Origin: an uncultured Lentimicrobiaceae bacterium
GTDB lineage: Bacteria > Bacteroidota > Bacteroidia > Bacteroidales > SKPS01
Assembly: GCA_964652685.1 (NCBI GenBank)
Contig: CAZZBS010000001.1
Span: 1,298 to 65,297 of the forward strand
Direction of reading: 5' to 3'
Length of the DNA stretch: 64,000 nt
Shown: positions 1 through 8,026 of the stretch, one piece after another
Layout of the letters: each line of letters begins with the position of its first letter
Numbering within the stretch: the stretch's first letter is position 1
The notes under the pieces: generated by a model
What the model was told of the DNA's origin: nothing
The model's database searches: none
What the model saw: only the letters and a program-made list of their open reading frames with translations
Made by a program: the position numbers and the translations under genes

Positions 1-1
1 T

Positions 2-652
2 CTCAATGACATCCTATACCGCGATATCGCCGTCAGATACCAGATCCGCAATGTAAAATCGCTGCTGCAACTTGTCACCTTTCTGGCAACTAACACCGCA
101 AAACCGGTCTCGGCCACCAAGCTTACCAGGGTCCTTGAGCTGAAAAGCACCGCCACCATTCTGGAGTACCTCAGTCACCTCGAAAATGCCTGGCTGATTC
201 ACCTGCTGCCCAAATTCTCATTCTCGTACAAAGTGCAACTGGCCAATGCACGCAAAGTCTATTTTGCCGATCCGGCGCTACAACAGGCCATCACAGGCAG
301 CTTTTTCGATGACCATGGAAGAAAGCTTGAAACCATGGTCTTCTGGGAATTGCGCCGTAAATATAAACAGTTGTATTACTTCAACGAAAATGGTCACGAA
401 TGCGACTTTGTGGTAATGGAACAAAAACGCCCCAAATCATTGATCCAGGTGTGCCATACCCTCAACCACGACAACGAAGCCCGCGAGGTGTCCGGGTTGC
501 TGGAGGCGATGAAACACCTGGACACCAACAAGGGTATGCTCCTGTCCTTCGACCAAAAAGACACCATAGTGCAGGGCAACTGCAGAATAGATGTGGTTCC
601 TGTATATGAATGGTTGTCTGAGCGTTTAATCGGTGAAGCGGTGAAGCGGTGA
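2..652 (+). CDS. AAA+ ATPase with DUF4143-type C-terminal region (COG1373-like); 5' end lies outside the window
   Basis: Frame 2 is open from the window edge (LNDILYRDIAVRYQIRNVKSLLQLVTFLATNTAKPVSATKL...) and runs into listed ORF 233..652. The pattern matches the DUF4143 part of COG1373 ATPases. The stop codon (650-652) lies inside the octamer array. Confidence 0.7.
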   Translation, partial: LNDILYRDIAVRYQIRNVKSLLQLVTFLATNTAKPVSATKLTRVLELKSTATILEYLSHLENAWLIHLLPKFSFSYKVQLANARKVYFADPALQQAITGSFFDDHGRKLETMVFWELRRKYKQLYYFNENGHECDFVVMEQKRPKSLIQVCHTLNHDNEAREVSGLLEAMKHLDTNKGMLLSFDQKDTIVQGNCRIDVVPVYEWLSERLIGEAVKR

Positions 653-680
653 AGCGGTGAATCGGTGAATCGGTGAATCG
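631..680. repeat. Tandem octamer array CGGTGAAK, 6.25 copies
   Basis: Read directly: cggtgaag x3 then cggtgaat x3 then cg. The period is 8 nt, not a multiple of 3. Confidence 0.95.
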
Positions 681-688
681 TGTGCAGA

Positions 689-728
689 TGACATGAATTT
701 TCAAGCTTGCGACGAAAATTCATTGTCA
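689..728. other. Strong hairpin between the two octamer arrays
   Basis: atgaattttc (693-702) pairs perfectly with gaaaattcat (714-723) over an 11-nt loop. The stem extends to 689/728 with one bulged T. No T-tract follows. Confidence 0.7.
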
Positions 729-762
729 GATGCCATCCCGGATCGTTCGAAGAACGAGACGG

Positions 763-874
763 GGGTGAAGCGGGAAGCGGGAAGCGGTGAATCGGTGAAT
801 CGGAGAAGCGGTGAAGCGGTGAATCGCAAAGTCGCCCAGTCGTATCGTCGTAAAGTCGCCCAGTCGTAAAGTCG
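763..874. repeat. Composite octamer array: (C/G)GGTGAAK-type units (763-826) followed by NNNAGTCG-type units (827-874)
   Basis: gggtgaag cgggaag cgggaag cggtgaat cggtgaat cggagaag cggtgaag cggtgaat cg, then caaagtcg cccagtcg tatcgtcg taaagtcg cccagtcg taaagtcg. Confidence 0.95.
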
Positions 875-975
875 TAAACTCTAAACAACATCAATATCCT
901 CAACATAGACCTGGGTAGATCAGTTCTATACAGAATCAACTTGCATAACATAAAAATTATTATCTTAGCCCCCTG

Positions 976-2442
976 ATGAACACAACAGATAGAAGCTGGG
1001 GTTTTTATGGCCGGCGAGAAGAGCTGAGTGCCTTAACGGGTGTATTGAACCGGAGGCGATGGTTTTTCGTGAAGATCACCGGACGCCGCCGTATTGGCAA
1101 GACCACCCTGATACAGCAGGCACTGCAGGTTTCGGATCGTCAAAAAAAACTATACATTCAGATACCCGATTCGGATCCATCGGGAGTGCTGGCAGCGGCT
1201 AATAACTACCTCCGGTTGTTCGGAATCAACTTAACCGTAGCTAATCTGCTTGAATTTGCCGGTTGTATTGGCCAACTTATTCGCGAAGGCTATGTGGTGG
1301 CTTTGGATGAATTCCAGTATTTCAACAGAAAACATCTTTACGAATTCAACTCTTTCCTGCAGTACGAAGTGGATCAGCTGGCCAACTCATCAGAGAATAT
1401 CCCGGGCGGGTTGATCGTACTGGGCTCATTGCATGCCGAAATGGCAGCATTGGTAGATGGTCGTAATGCCCCATTGTACAACAGGGTTACAGATAGTGTG
1501 GAACTGCATCATCTGGATTTCGAATCTGTCCTGGAGATGATGCACCAGCACGGAAAAGTCAAGGCAGAGCACCTGCTGTTCTTATGGAATCTTTTTGAAG
1601 GGGTGCCAAAGTTTTATCGCGACACATTTGAACAGGGTGTTTTCAGTGCTGAAAGGAAAGCATTGCTCCACAAAATGTTCTTTACCAGCTCCTCACCCCT
1701 GCGTGGTGAGGCTGACAACTGGTTCCTCAGTGAACTGAGAGGTAGGTACGATGCAATGCTTCAACTCATTGCCAATAAACCTGGCTGCTCCCATGCTGAA
1801 ATTCTCGATGCCACCAGAACCTATTATGGCGATGATACACGACAGATTGGTGCCTATCTGAAAATCCTCTCTGATCGTTATGGCATGATTGAACGGAAAT
1901 TGCCCGTATTTTCACCACCTAAAGCGCGTGCCGGAAGATACTATATCAACGACAATTTCCTGCGCAGCTGGCTTTCGGCACTTAAGCTCCCGGTTTCAGC
2001 CGTCAACTTCAGACCCGTTGATGATTTGGTAGATATGGCCGACCAGAGATTGATCACGACAGAAGGTTATGGCTTCGAAAAAATGGTGTGCAACATGTAT
2101 GAAGAGTTAAGTCGCAAAAACAAAGGGGATTTTCAACTCACACAAAGAATATCCGGGTACTGGGACAGACAAGATACTGAAATCGATTTGGTTGCGATCA
2201 ATGAAATCTCAAAAACCATCCGCTTCGGCAGTTGCAAACGGAATCAACATAGGTTGGTAAGAAGCTTACCTGAGCTCTTCAAATCTGCTGAAACCTTTTT
2301 GCATGTACACCGGCAATTCAACGACTTCAAGAAAGAATACCTGGTTATTGCTCCGGAAGTTTCAGACAAAACCCGCGGGGATGTAGAGAGCAAAGGAATT
2401 CTCTGTCAGTCATTAAGTGACTTAATAAAACAGCTTGAGTAG
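976..2442 (+). CDS. AAA+ ATPase (archaeal-type ATPase domain plus DUF234-like C-terminus)
   Basis: 488-aa ORF with ATG start. N-terminal FYGRREELSALTGVL...ITGRRRIGKTTLIQQAL (P-loop) and DEFQY (Walker B-like). Length and layout are typical of the PF01637/DUF234 family. Confidence 0.85.
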   Translation: MNTTDRSWGFYGRREELSALTGVLNRRRWFFVKITGRRRIGKTTLIQQALQVSDRQKKLYIQIPDSDPSGVLAAANNYLRLFGINLTVANLLEFAGCIGQLIREGYVVALDEFQYFNRKHLYEFNSFLQYEVDQLANSSENIPGGLIVLGSLHAEMAALVDGRNAPLYNRVTDSVELHHLDFESVLEMMHQHGKVKAEHLLFLWNLFEGVPKFYRDTFEQGVFSAERKALLHKMFFTSSSPLRGEADNWFLSELRGRYDAMLQLIANKPGCSHAEILDATRTYYGDDTRQIGAYLKILSDRYGMIERKLPVFSPPKARAGRYYINDNFLRSWLSALKLPVSAVNFRPVDDLVDMADQRLITTEGYGFEKMVCNMYEELSRKNKGDFQLTQRISGYWDRQDTEIDLVAINEISKTIRFGSCKRNQHRLVRSLPELFKSAETFLHVHRQFNDFKKEYLVIAPEVSDKTRGDVESKGILCQSLSDLIKQLE

Positions 2443-2502
2443 AGAGTCGGGAGTGAGCAGGCAACCCTTCAGCAAGCTCAGTGACCGGGGCACCGGGTAT
2501 TG

Positions 2503-2633
2503 CTGGTGAATCGGTGAATCGTACAGTCGCAAAGTCGTATCGTCGTAAAGTCATATAGTCGCCCCGTCGTACAGTCGTATCGTCGTACAGTCGCCCAGTC
2601 GTATAGTCTCCCAGTCGTTCAGTCGTTCAGTCG
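2503..2633. repeat. Composite octamer array: GGTGAAT units (2503-2521) followed by 14 NNNAGTCG units (2522-2633)
   Basis: ctggtgaat cggtgaat cg, then tacagtcg caaagtcg tatcgtcg taaagtca tatagtcg ccccgtcg tacagtcg tatcgtcg tacagtcg cccagtcg tatagtct cccagtcg ttcagtcg ttcagtcg. Same composition and order as 763-874. Confidence 0.95.
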
Positions 2634-2654
2634 CAAAATGGCTTCCCCGGTCTT

Positions 2655-2873
2655 CTATTCCTCAGCTTTCGTGGGAGCGGCAGGTGCGGGGGCGCCCTTT
2701 TTCTTTGCCAGCATCATAACCACGGCGATAATGATCAGGATGGCACCTACGATGGTTCCGATGATCTGTACCGTACCAAATCCCTCCTGTGTATTCTTCA
2801 GTCCGATGACATCGAGGATCAGGGAGAGTACCAGGACAATGATGCCCACGATCAGGATCAAAGCGTTTCTCAT
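2655..2873 (-). CDS. Small membrane protein, two hydrophobic helices, Lys/Ala/Pro-rich tail
   Basis: 72-aa ORF with ATG start. MRNALILIVGIIVLVLSLILDVIG ... IIGTIVGAILIIIAVVMMLAKKKGAPAPAAP. A TAnnTTTG box lies 36 nt upstream. Confidence 0.5.
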   Translation of the reverse strand: MRNALILIVGIIVLVLSLILDVIGLKNTQEGFGTVQIIGTIVGAILIIIAVVMMLAKKKGAPAPAAPTKAEE

Positions 2874-2908
2874 ATTGTTTCCTCCGTAAATTTTGGTGAA
2901 AGAGGTTT

Positions 2909-2916
2909 CAAATATA
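2909..2916 (-). promoter_or_regulatory. Candidate Bacteroidota -7 box (TATATTTG on minus strand)
   Basis: Plus strand reads caaatata. 36 nt upstream of the 2873 start. Confidence 0.3.
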
Positions 2917-3031
2917 CGTTAAAAAATCTTTCATATCACCGACACATGTTGTAGGATTTTTTTTCCGAAATTTGCATTGGCGGGTGATGGTTCTTTTTCC
3001 ATCTGTCATCTGCCGGTTTTCAACGGCTTTT

Positions 3032-4132
3032 ATGATAAAGGTAGCCATCCTGGGTTCACGTGGTATTCCTAACCGGTACGGCGGTTTTGAGGAGTTTGCC
3101 GAGCATTTGTCGCTGGGGCTTGTAGCGCGGGGCATGGAGGTATGGGTATATTGTTCACACTATCATCCTTATCGTGGAGGGATATATCATGGTGTGCATC
3201 GGATTTCATGTATTGATCCGGAGCGCCGGCTGGGTACAGCGGGGCAGTTTCTGTATGATCTGCGCTGCATCTGTGACAGCCATCGACGGGATTTCGACGT
3301 GATACTACAGCTTGGCTACACCAGCAGCAGCATCTGGCACCGGTTTCTGCCGCGTGGGGCCGGTATCATCACGAACATGGACGGGCTTGAGTGGAAGCGG
3401 AGCAAGTACAATGCACCTGTGCGCAGGTTCCTGCGTTATGCCGAGCGGCTTGCTATGAGAAGCAGTCATGCTCTGGTGGCTGATTCTGAGGCGATACAGC
3501 AATACCTTTCGGATACTTACGACTGTCCTTCCGTCTTCATCCCTTACGGGGCTGTGCCCTGCGGGGCTCCCGGCCCCGAAAGCCCCCGCGAAATGGGCCT
3601 TGAACCCGGGAGCTACTTCCTGGTGATCGCACGGATGCAACCCGACAACCACATCGAAGAGGTGATCCGGGGGGTGCTGAACTCCCGCTCCCCCTTCCCC
3701 CTGGTGGTGGTGGGCAACACCGCCAACAGTTACGGAAACAGACTTATGGCGCAGTACAACACCTCCCGCATACGCTTTGCCGGAAGCCTCTTCGACCGGC
3801 AACTGCTCAACGGGCTTCGCCATCACTGCTCCCTCTATTTCCATGGCCACTCCGCAGGCGGCACCAACCCCTCCCTGCTTGAAGCCATGGCCTCCTCCGC
3901 TCCCGTATGCGCTCATGACAATCCCTTTAACCGGTCGGTGCTGGATACCGATGCCCTTTGGTTCAGCCATGCCGATGACATCGCAAACCATATCGACAAC
4001 ATGCCCGGATCCCAGTGGCGCCAGGAAATCATCCATAATAACCTGGAAAAAATACGGACGAAATACAACTGGGACAACGTCATTGACAACTATGAAACCC
4101 TGATCAGACAGACCGGACAGAGAAAAAAGTAA
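3032..4132 (+). CDS. Glycosyltransferase family 4 with DUF1972-type N-terminus
   Basis: MIKVAILGSRGIPNRYGGFEEFAEHLSLGL is the hallmark DUF1972 start. C-terminal HGHSAGGTNPSLLEAM is GT4-like. The ATG at 3032 is preferred over the longer listed ORF from 2972. Confidence 0.85.
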   Translation: MIKVAILGSRGIPNRYGGFEEFAEHLSLGLVARGMEVWVYCSHYHPYRGGIYHGVHRISCIDPERRLGTAGQFLYDLRCICDSHRRDFDVILQLGYTSSSIWHRFLPRGAGIITNMDGLEWKRSKYNAPVRRFLRYAERLAMRSSHALVADSEAIQQYLSDTYDCPSVFIPYGAVPCGAPGPESPREMGLEPGSYFLVIARMQPDNHIEEVIRGVLNSRSPFPLVVVGNTANSYGNRLMAQYNTSRIRFAGSLFDRQLLNGLRHHCSLYFHGHSAGGTNPSLLEAMASSAPVCAHDNPFNRSVLDTDALWFSHADDIANHIDNMPGSQWRQEIIHNNLEKIRTKYNWDNVIDNYETLIRQTGQRKK

Positions 4133-4222
4133 TTCTTCTTTCACATGATCCGGTGCTTGTTTGGATTTCTTTCCTACTTTTAACCGGCCAATACAAGGGC
4201 AACAGCTCAAAAAAACCGACCC

Positions 4223-5626
4223 ATGCCTCAACGCTACTCACGATTCATCCCTGTCATCTCCCTGACCGGGGATTTCATCCTTCTGAACCTTTTCCTTGTG
4301 GCAGGATTCTGCTGGCTTGAGGGTGTGGACCGATGCTTTGAATCCTACCATATTGCATTCTATATCTATCTGAACATCATCTGGTACATCCTGGTTTTTG
4401 TGTTCGGTGCACACAGCATCGACAGGAATGTTCGCCCAAAAGCATTTTTGCTGACCTATATCCAGATTATCGTCTTTTTCTTCTTTTTCTTCCTGATGTA
4501 TTTTCAGGTAAAACCTTTTGCGTATTATCCGAGGGATTGGTGGAAATATCTGTTCCCGGCTTTTTTCCTGGTGCTCATCACCTGGAAGATGTTGTTGTAC
4601 TATGCTTTTGTATTATACCGCAGGTTGGGCTTCAATTTCCGCCATGCAGTGATTGTAGGTTACGACCGGAACAGCAGGTTGTTGCAGCATTATATCATGA
4701 CCAATCCATGGCATGGCCTCCGGCTGGCCGGATGGTTCTGCGATCCGAAGCCGGTTGAAGAGGGAGATCATGATGCCTTACGTGACCGGATAACCGGAAC
4801 GCTGGATGATCTGGGCAGTCATCTGGAGCAGCACCACATTGATGAGGTGTTCATTGCCTGGAGCAGCATCCCCCGCAAACGGCTGGATCATGTTTTTGAG
4901 GTGCTGGACAATTTCCCGGTAAAGGTACGGGTGATACCGGATCTTCAGGACTTCTCGTTCCGCAGCGCGAAGATTTTAAATTACGGGATGATCCCTGTCA
5001 TTCAGATTTATCCCGGACCGTTGAGTTATTGGCACAACCGGGTGGTGAAACGAATCGTAGATCTTGGCATTTCGCTGATGGTCATTGCGGGTGTGATGTC
5101 ATGGTTAACATTGTTTTTATGGATGGCTTCGCTGTTGGGGTCACGGGAAGGTGTTTTTTTCCGGCAGTTGCGTACGGCGGCTGATGGTCGGGAGTTCACC
5201 TGTCTGAAATACCGCAGCATGCGCAGGAACCGGGATGCTGACCTTGTGCAGGCGTCGAAGGATGACAAGCGGATCACCCCGGTAGGGCGGTTTTTACGCC
5301 GCACCAGCCTGGATGAGATACCTCAGTTTATCAATGTGCTCAAGGGTGAGATGTCGGTTGTGGGGCCAAGGCCGCACATGTTAAAACATACAGAGGAATA
5401 CCGCCGGCTGATCAAACGTTTTATGCTGCGGCACACGGTAAAGCCGGGACTTACGGGCCTTGCACAGGTGAACGGTTACAGGGGGGAGATCACCAATCTG
5501 CAGGATATCGAAAAGCGGGTTGAGCTGGATGTGAAATACATCGAAAACTGGTCACTGAACCTCGACTTCAGGATCATCATCCGTACCGTCTGGGTATTGT
5601 TCAAAGGCCAGGAAAAAGCTTACTGA
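4223..5626 (+). CDS. Polyprenyl-phosphate hexose/hexosamine-1-phosphate transferase (bacterial sugar transferase, WcaJ/EpsB-like priming enzyme)
   Basis: 467 aa with N-terminal TM segments. The C-terminal domain has DEIPQFINVLKGEMSVVGPRP and KPGLTGLAQV motifs. Confidence 0.9.
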   Translation: MPQRYSRFIPVISLTGDFILLNLFLVAGFCWLEGVDRCFESYHIAFYIYLNIIWYILVFVFGAHSIDRNVRPKAFLLTYIQIIVFFFFFFLMYFQVKPFAYYPRDWWKYLFPAFFLVLITWKMLLYYAFVLYRRLGFNFRHAVIVGYDRNSRLLQHYIMTNPWHGLRLAGWFCDPKPVEEGDHDALRDRITGTLDDLGSHLEQHHIDEVFIAWSSIPRKRLDHVFEVLDNFPVKVRVIPDLQDFSFRSAKILNYGMIPVIQIYPGPLSYWHNRVVKRIVDLGISLMVIAGVMSWLTLFLWMASLLGSREGVFFRQLRTAADGREFTCLKYRSMRRNRDADLVQASKDDKRITPVGRFLRRTSLDEIPQFINVLKGEMSVVGPRPHMLKHTEEYRRLIKRFMLRHTVKPGLTGLAQVNGYRGEITNLQDIEKRVELDVKYIENWSLNLDFRIIIRTVWVLFKGQEKAY

Positions 5627-5662
5627 TGTGAGGATGTGAGGATTGAATCATCAGCACATCAA

Positions 5663-7831
5663 CTAATCATCCCATTTCTCTTTCACCACTTCAATCAGTT
5701 CGGGAAGGTCCATTCCGATATTTCTGAGGTGCTCGAGGGTGGGAACGCCATTGCGGTTCCACCCTCTTCTTTTATATACGGCATCGATAAGTTTTTCAAA
5801 GCGATCTTCCCTGTACCTGCGCATGGCGGCCACTTTTTCCACGGTTGACATCCCTTCCGGATTGATCCCGACCAGTTCTCTGAGTTGTGTATCATACCGT
5901 TCCGCCCTGGATTCGTACTCTTCAACCGTCACGGGTCCTGCGGCACGGTAAGGCTGCCTGTCGTGCACCCGCAGGCCGTAACCTCTCCGGATGTTGAAGA
6001 TGCGCTGGAAGTTATACACCCGTTCGCTCTGGCGGATCAGCTCCGCCTTGTCGAAAGGTTTTCCGGTAACAGCTTTATAGATGGTGACATAGTTATCAAC
6101 ATGTTCCGGCACTTTGGCGGGTTCATCGGTTTCTGCGTTATTGGTCGGCTCCACATCGTTCCAGGGCAGTTTGCACAATCCCACCAGCCCGAACCATGTC
6201 CTGAACATCGGGAAATAGTGCAATGCTTCAGCTTTGTCTTCGAAGGTAGGTATCTGGTTGTTCACCATATCCATAAAGATGAGCCATGCTTCATCATGCT
6301 GGGGCCCTTTGTTGGTCAGGGCAAATCCACCCTGCTGCGCAAGTGACTCTTTGGAGACATACTCCGAATATTCCAGCCCTTTGTTTTCCATCCCGATATC
6401 TTCCAGGAAGGCAGGATCCCCCCAGCCATTCTCAATGAAGCGTTTCTTCATGATCCTCACGCCCTGACCTGCCATTTTCCCGAATCCTTCGCCACGGGCG
6501 AGCTGATGGAGCAACTCCATGGCTGAATCAGCATTGCCGAAGTTCAGCTTCAGGCCACCGGTACGCTGCTCATTCAGGATACCGTTTTCGTAACACTCCA
6601 TGATGAAAGCCACCAGGGTACCCCATGTGATCGTGCAGATCCCGTAGGTGTCACAATAGAAGTTGGCTTCAATGATATAATCGGGATTAAAGATCCCGCA
6701 GTTTGAACCCAATCCGCCGGCATTTTCATACTCCGGGCCGTCAACAATCACCTTTTGCCCTGCATAGGGGCCTGTCCTCAGTTCATACTCATCCACCCCT
6801 TTTGCACAGGACATATTACAGCCGATCCAGCAGCCATCCGGGATCCCCTGGGTAAACAGCCTTTTCCAAACATCCCCGTGGATGGCATCTGCATCTTTAT
6901 GGCTGCCGTATTTGTAGTTGTGTACCGGGAGCAGGTCATAATCGTTCATGATGTTCACCAGGTGGGCAGTACCTTTGGTCCTCATTTCCGCCTGGCTGTC
7001 GTCCAGTTCACGCATCTCCTTGTTGAAACGTTGGCCCCGTTCCATGATCGCTTCAAGGTTAACCACGTTGTTGAGGTTCCCTTTCACCCCTTCGATTTTG
7101 GCCACGATGGCCCTGATGTTTTTGTTCCTGAACACCGAACCGATCCCCCCGCGGCCGGCCTGCTTCAGCCTTACCTTTTTGCGTTTGGAGTCGTAAAAAC
7201 TGAAATTTAGCATCCCGATCAGGGAATGGTCAGCGGCTGCCCCGCTGGAGACGACTGCCACATTGCGCTTCCCTTTCTCATCATCGGCATAGATCTCTGT
7301 GAGCACCTCTGCAAGCTCATGGCTGTCAACCGGGTAATCGGCAGGCACCTCCTCAAACCTGATTTTCCCGGTGGTGCTGTCGATCAGGATGATCAACTCC
7401 CGATCCGATTTGTTCTGCAACTCCAGCGCATCAAACCCGCTGAACTTCAGGAACGGGCCGAAAAATCCACCCACATTGCTGTCAATCGGAATATCTGTCT
7501 GTGGGGAGATGGAAACACAGATCGACTTACCTGTCCCGGAATACTGCGTGATACCGGCGATCGGGCCCGATGAAATGACGATCTCATTCTCCGGGTCATT
7601 CCATTTCGTTTCGGGTCTTGTTGCATCCCAGAGCAACCTCAATCCATATCCCCTCCCTCCGATGAATTTCTCCTTCATCAGCGGGGGTACATCCTTGATC
7701 CTGTATTCCAGCGATGCAACGTCAATGTAAAGGATCTTGTCGGTATAACCCTTCACGAGAGGTGTTCTGTCATACGTAACCTCCTTCAGCAACCTGTGCT
7801 TTTTCTTCAGCTCTTCGATGTTGATTGTCAT
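5663..7831 (-). CDS. Aldehyde:ferredoxin oxidoreductase (AOR) family protein, long YdhV-like form
   Basis: About 722 aa from the ATG at 7831 (MTINIEELKK...). N-terminal GYTDKILYIDV...FIGGRGYGLRLLWD is typical of the AOR N-domain. The listed ORF start at 7870 is a TTG that falls inside the candidate promoter. Confidence 0.85.
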   Translation of the reverse strand: MTINIEELKKKHRLLKEVTYDRTPLVKGYTDKILYIDVASLEYRIKDVPPLMKEKFIGGRGYGLRLLWDATRPETKWNDPENEIVISSGPIAGITQYSGTGKSICVSISPQTDIPIDSNVGGFFGPFLKFSGFDALELQNKSDRELIILIDSTTGKIRFEEVPADYPVDSHELAEVLTEIYADDEKGKRNVAVVSSGAAADHSLIGMLNFSFYDSKRKKVRLKQAGRGGIGSVFRNKNIRAIVAKIEGVKGNLNNVVNLEAIMERGQRFNKEMRELDDSQAEMRTKGTAHLVNIMNDYDLLPVHNYKYGSHKDADAIHGDVWKRLFTQGIPDGCWIGCNMSCAKGVDEYELRTGPYAGQKVIVDGPEYENAGGLGSNCGIFNPDYIIEANFYCDTYGICTITWGTLVAFIMECYENGILNEQRTGGLKLNFGNADSAMELLHQLARGEGFGKMAGQGVRIMKKRFIENGWGDPAFLEDIGMENKGLEYSEYVSKESLAQQGGFALTNKGPQHDEAWLIFMDMVNNQIPTFEDKAEALHYFPMFRTWFGLVGLCKLPWNDVEPTNNAETDEPAKVPEHVDNYVTIYKAVTGKPFDKAELIRQSERVYNFQRIFNIRRGYGLRVHDRQPYRAAGPVTVEEYESRAERYDTQLRELVGINPEGMSTVEKVAAMRRYREDRFEKLIDAVYKRRGWNRNGVPTLEHLRNIGMDLPELIEVVKEKWDD

Positions 7832-7867
7832 AAGTTTTATATTTTGTAATGATTTCTTCGACGATGG

Positions 7868-7875
7868 CAAAGTTA
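7868..7875 (-). promoter_or_regulatory. Candidate -7 box (TAACTTTG on minus strand)
   Basis: Plus strand reads caaagtta. 37 nt upstream of the ATG at 7831. Confidence 0.3.
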
Positions 7876-8026
7876 GGCATTATGCCCTTTGATCAAAACC
7901 AAATTCATAAAAATCAGATATGTATCATTCTGCATATCGTCAAATATTTTTTATCTACTGATACCAAAAGCATAAATTAAACGTAATTTATTTGTTGCTT
8001 TATACTCCTTATAATTTCCCTGTCGC

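Noticed and set aside
631-2633. Octamer arrays as a CRISPR array or as coding repeats (ORFs 394..951 and 462..704 translate to HRFTDSP-type repeats).
   Set aside because: The period is 8 bp with no spacers, and no cas genes are present. The 8-bp period is incompatible with a stable reading frame, so the listed ORFs across the arrays are artefacts.
2638-2889. Plus-strand 83-aa ORF overlapping the small membrane protein gene.
   Set aside because: It is the mirror of the minus-strand ORF 2655..2873. That ORF has an ATG start, a cleaner two-helix membrane profile and a -7 box upstream. Only one of the two can be real, and I kept the minus-strand one at modest confidence.
3305-4231. Long antisense or out-of-frame ORFs inside well-supported genes. 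Examples: 3305..4231, 5885..6346, 11102..12100, 16238..16954, 18337..19011, 20052..20663, 22033..22839, 31541..32146, 44328..44792.
   Set aside because: Each overlaps a gene with clear family motifs on the other strand or in another frame. Their translations are low-complexity (Gly/Pro/Arg/His-rich), typical of shadow ORFs in GC-rich coding DNA.
7832-7870. Longer TTG-initiated form of the AOR gene. The same applies to the long listed starts at 2972, 13665, 16142, 52502 and 57307.
   Set aside because: Non-ATG starts add non-conserved-looking leaders. In-frame ATGs directly precede the recognisable N-termini or signal peptides. At 7868-7875 the extension would overlap the candidate promoter.
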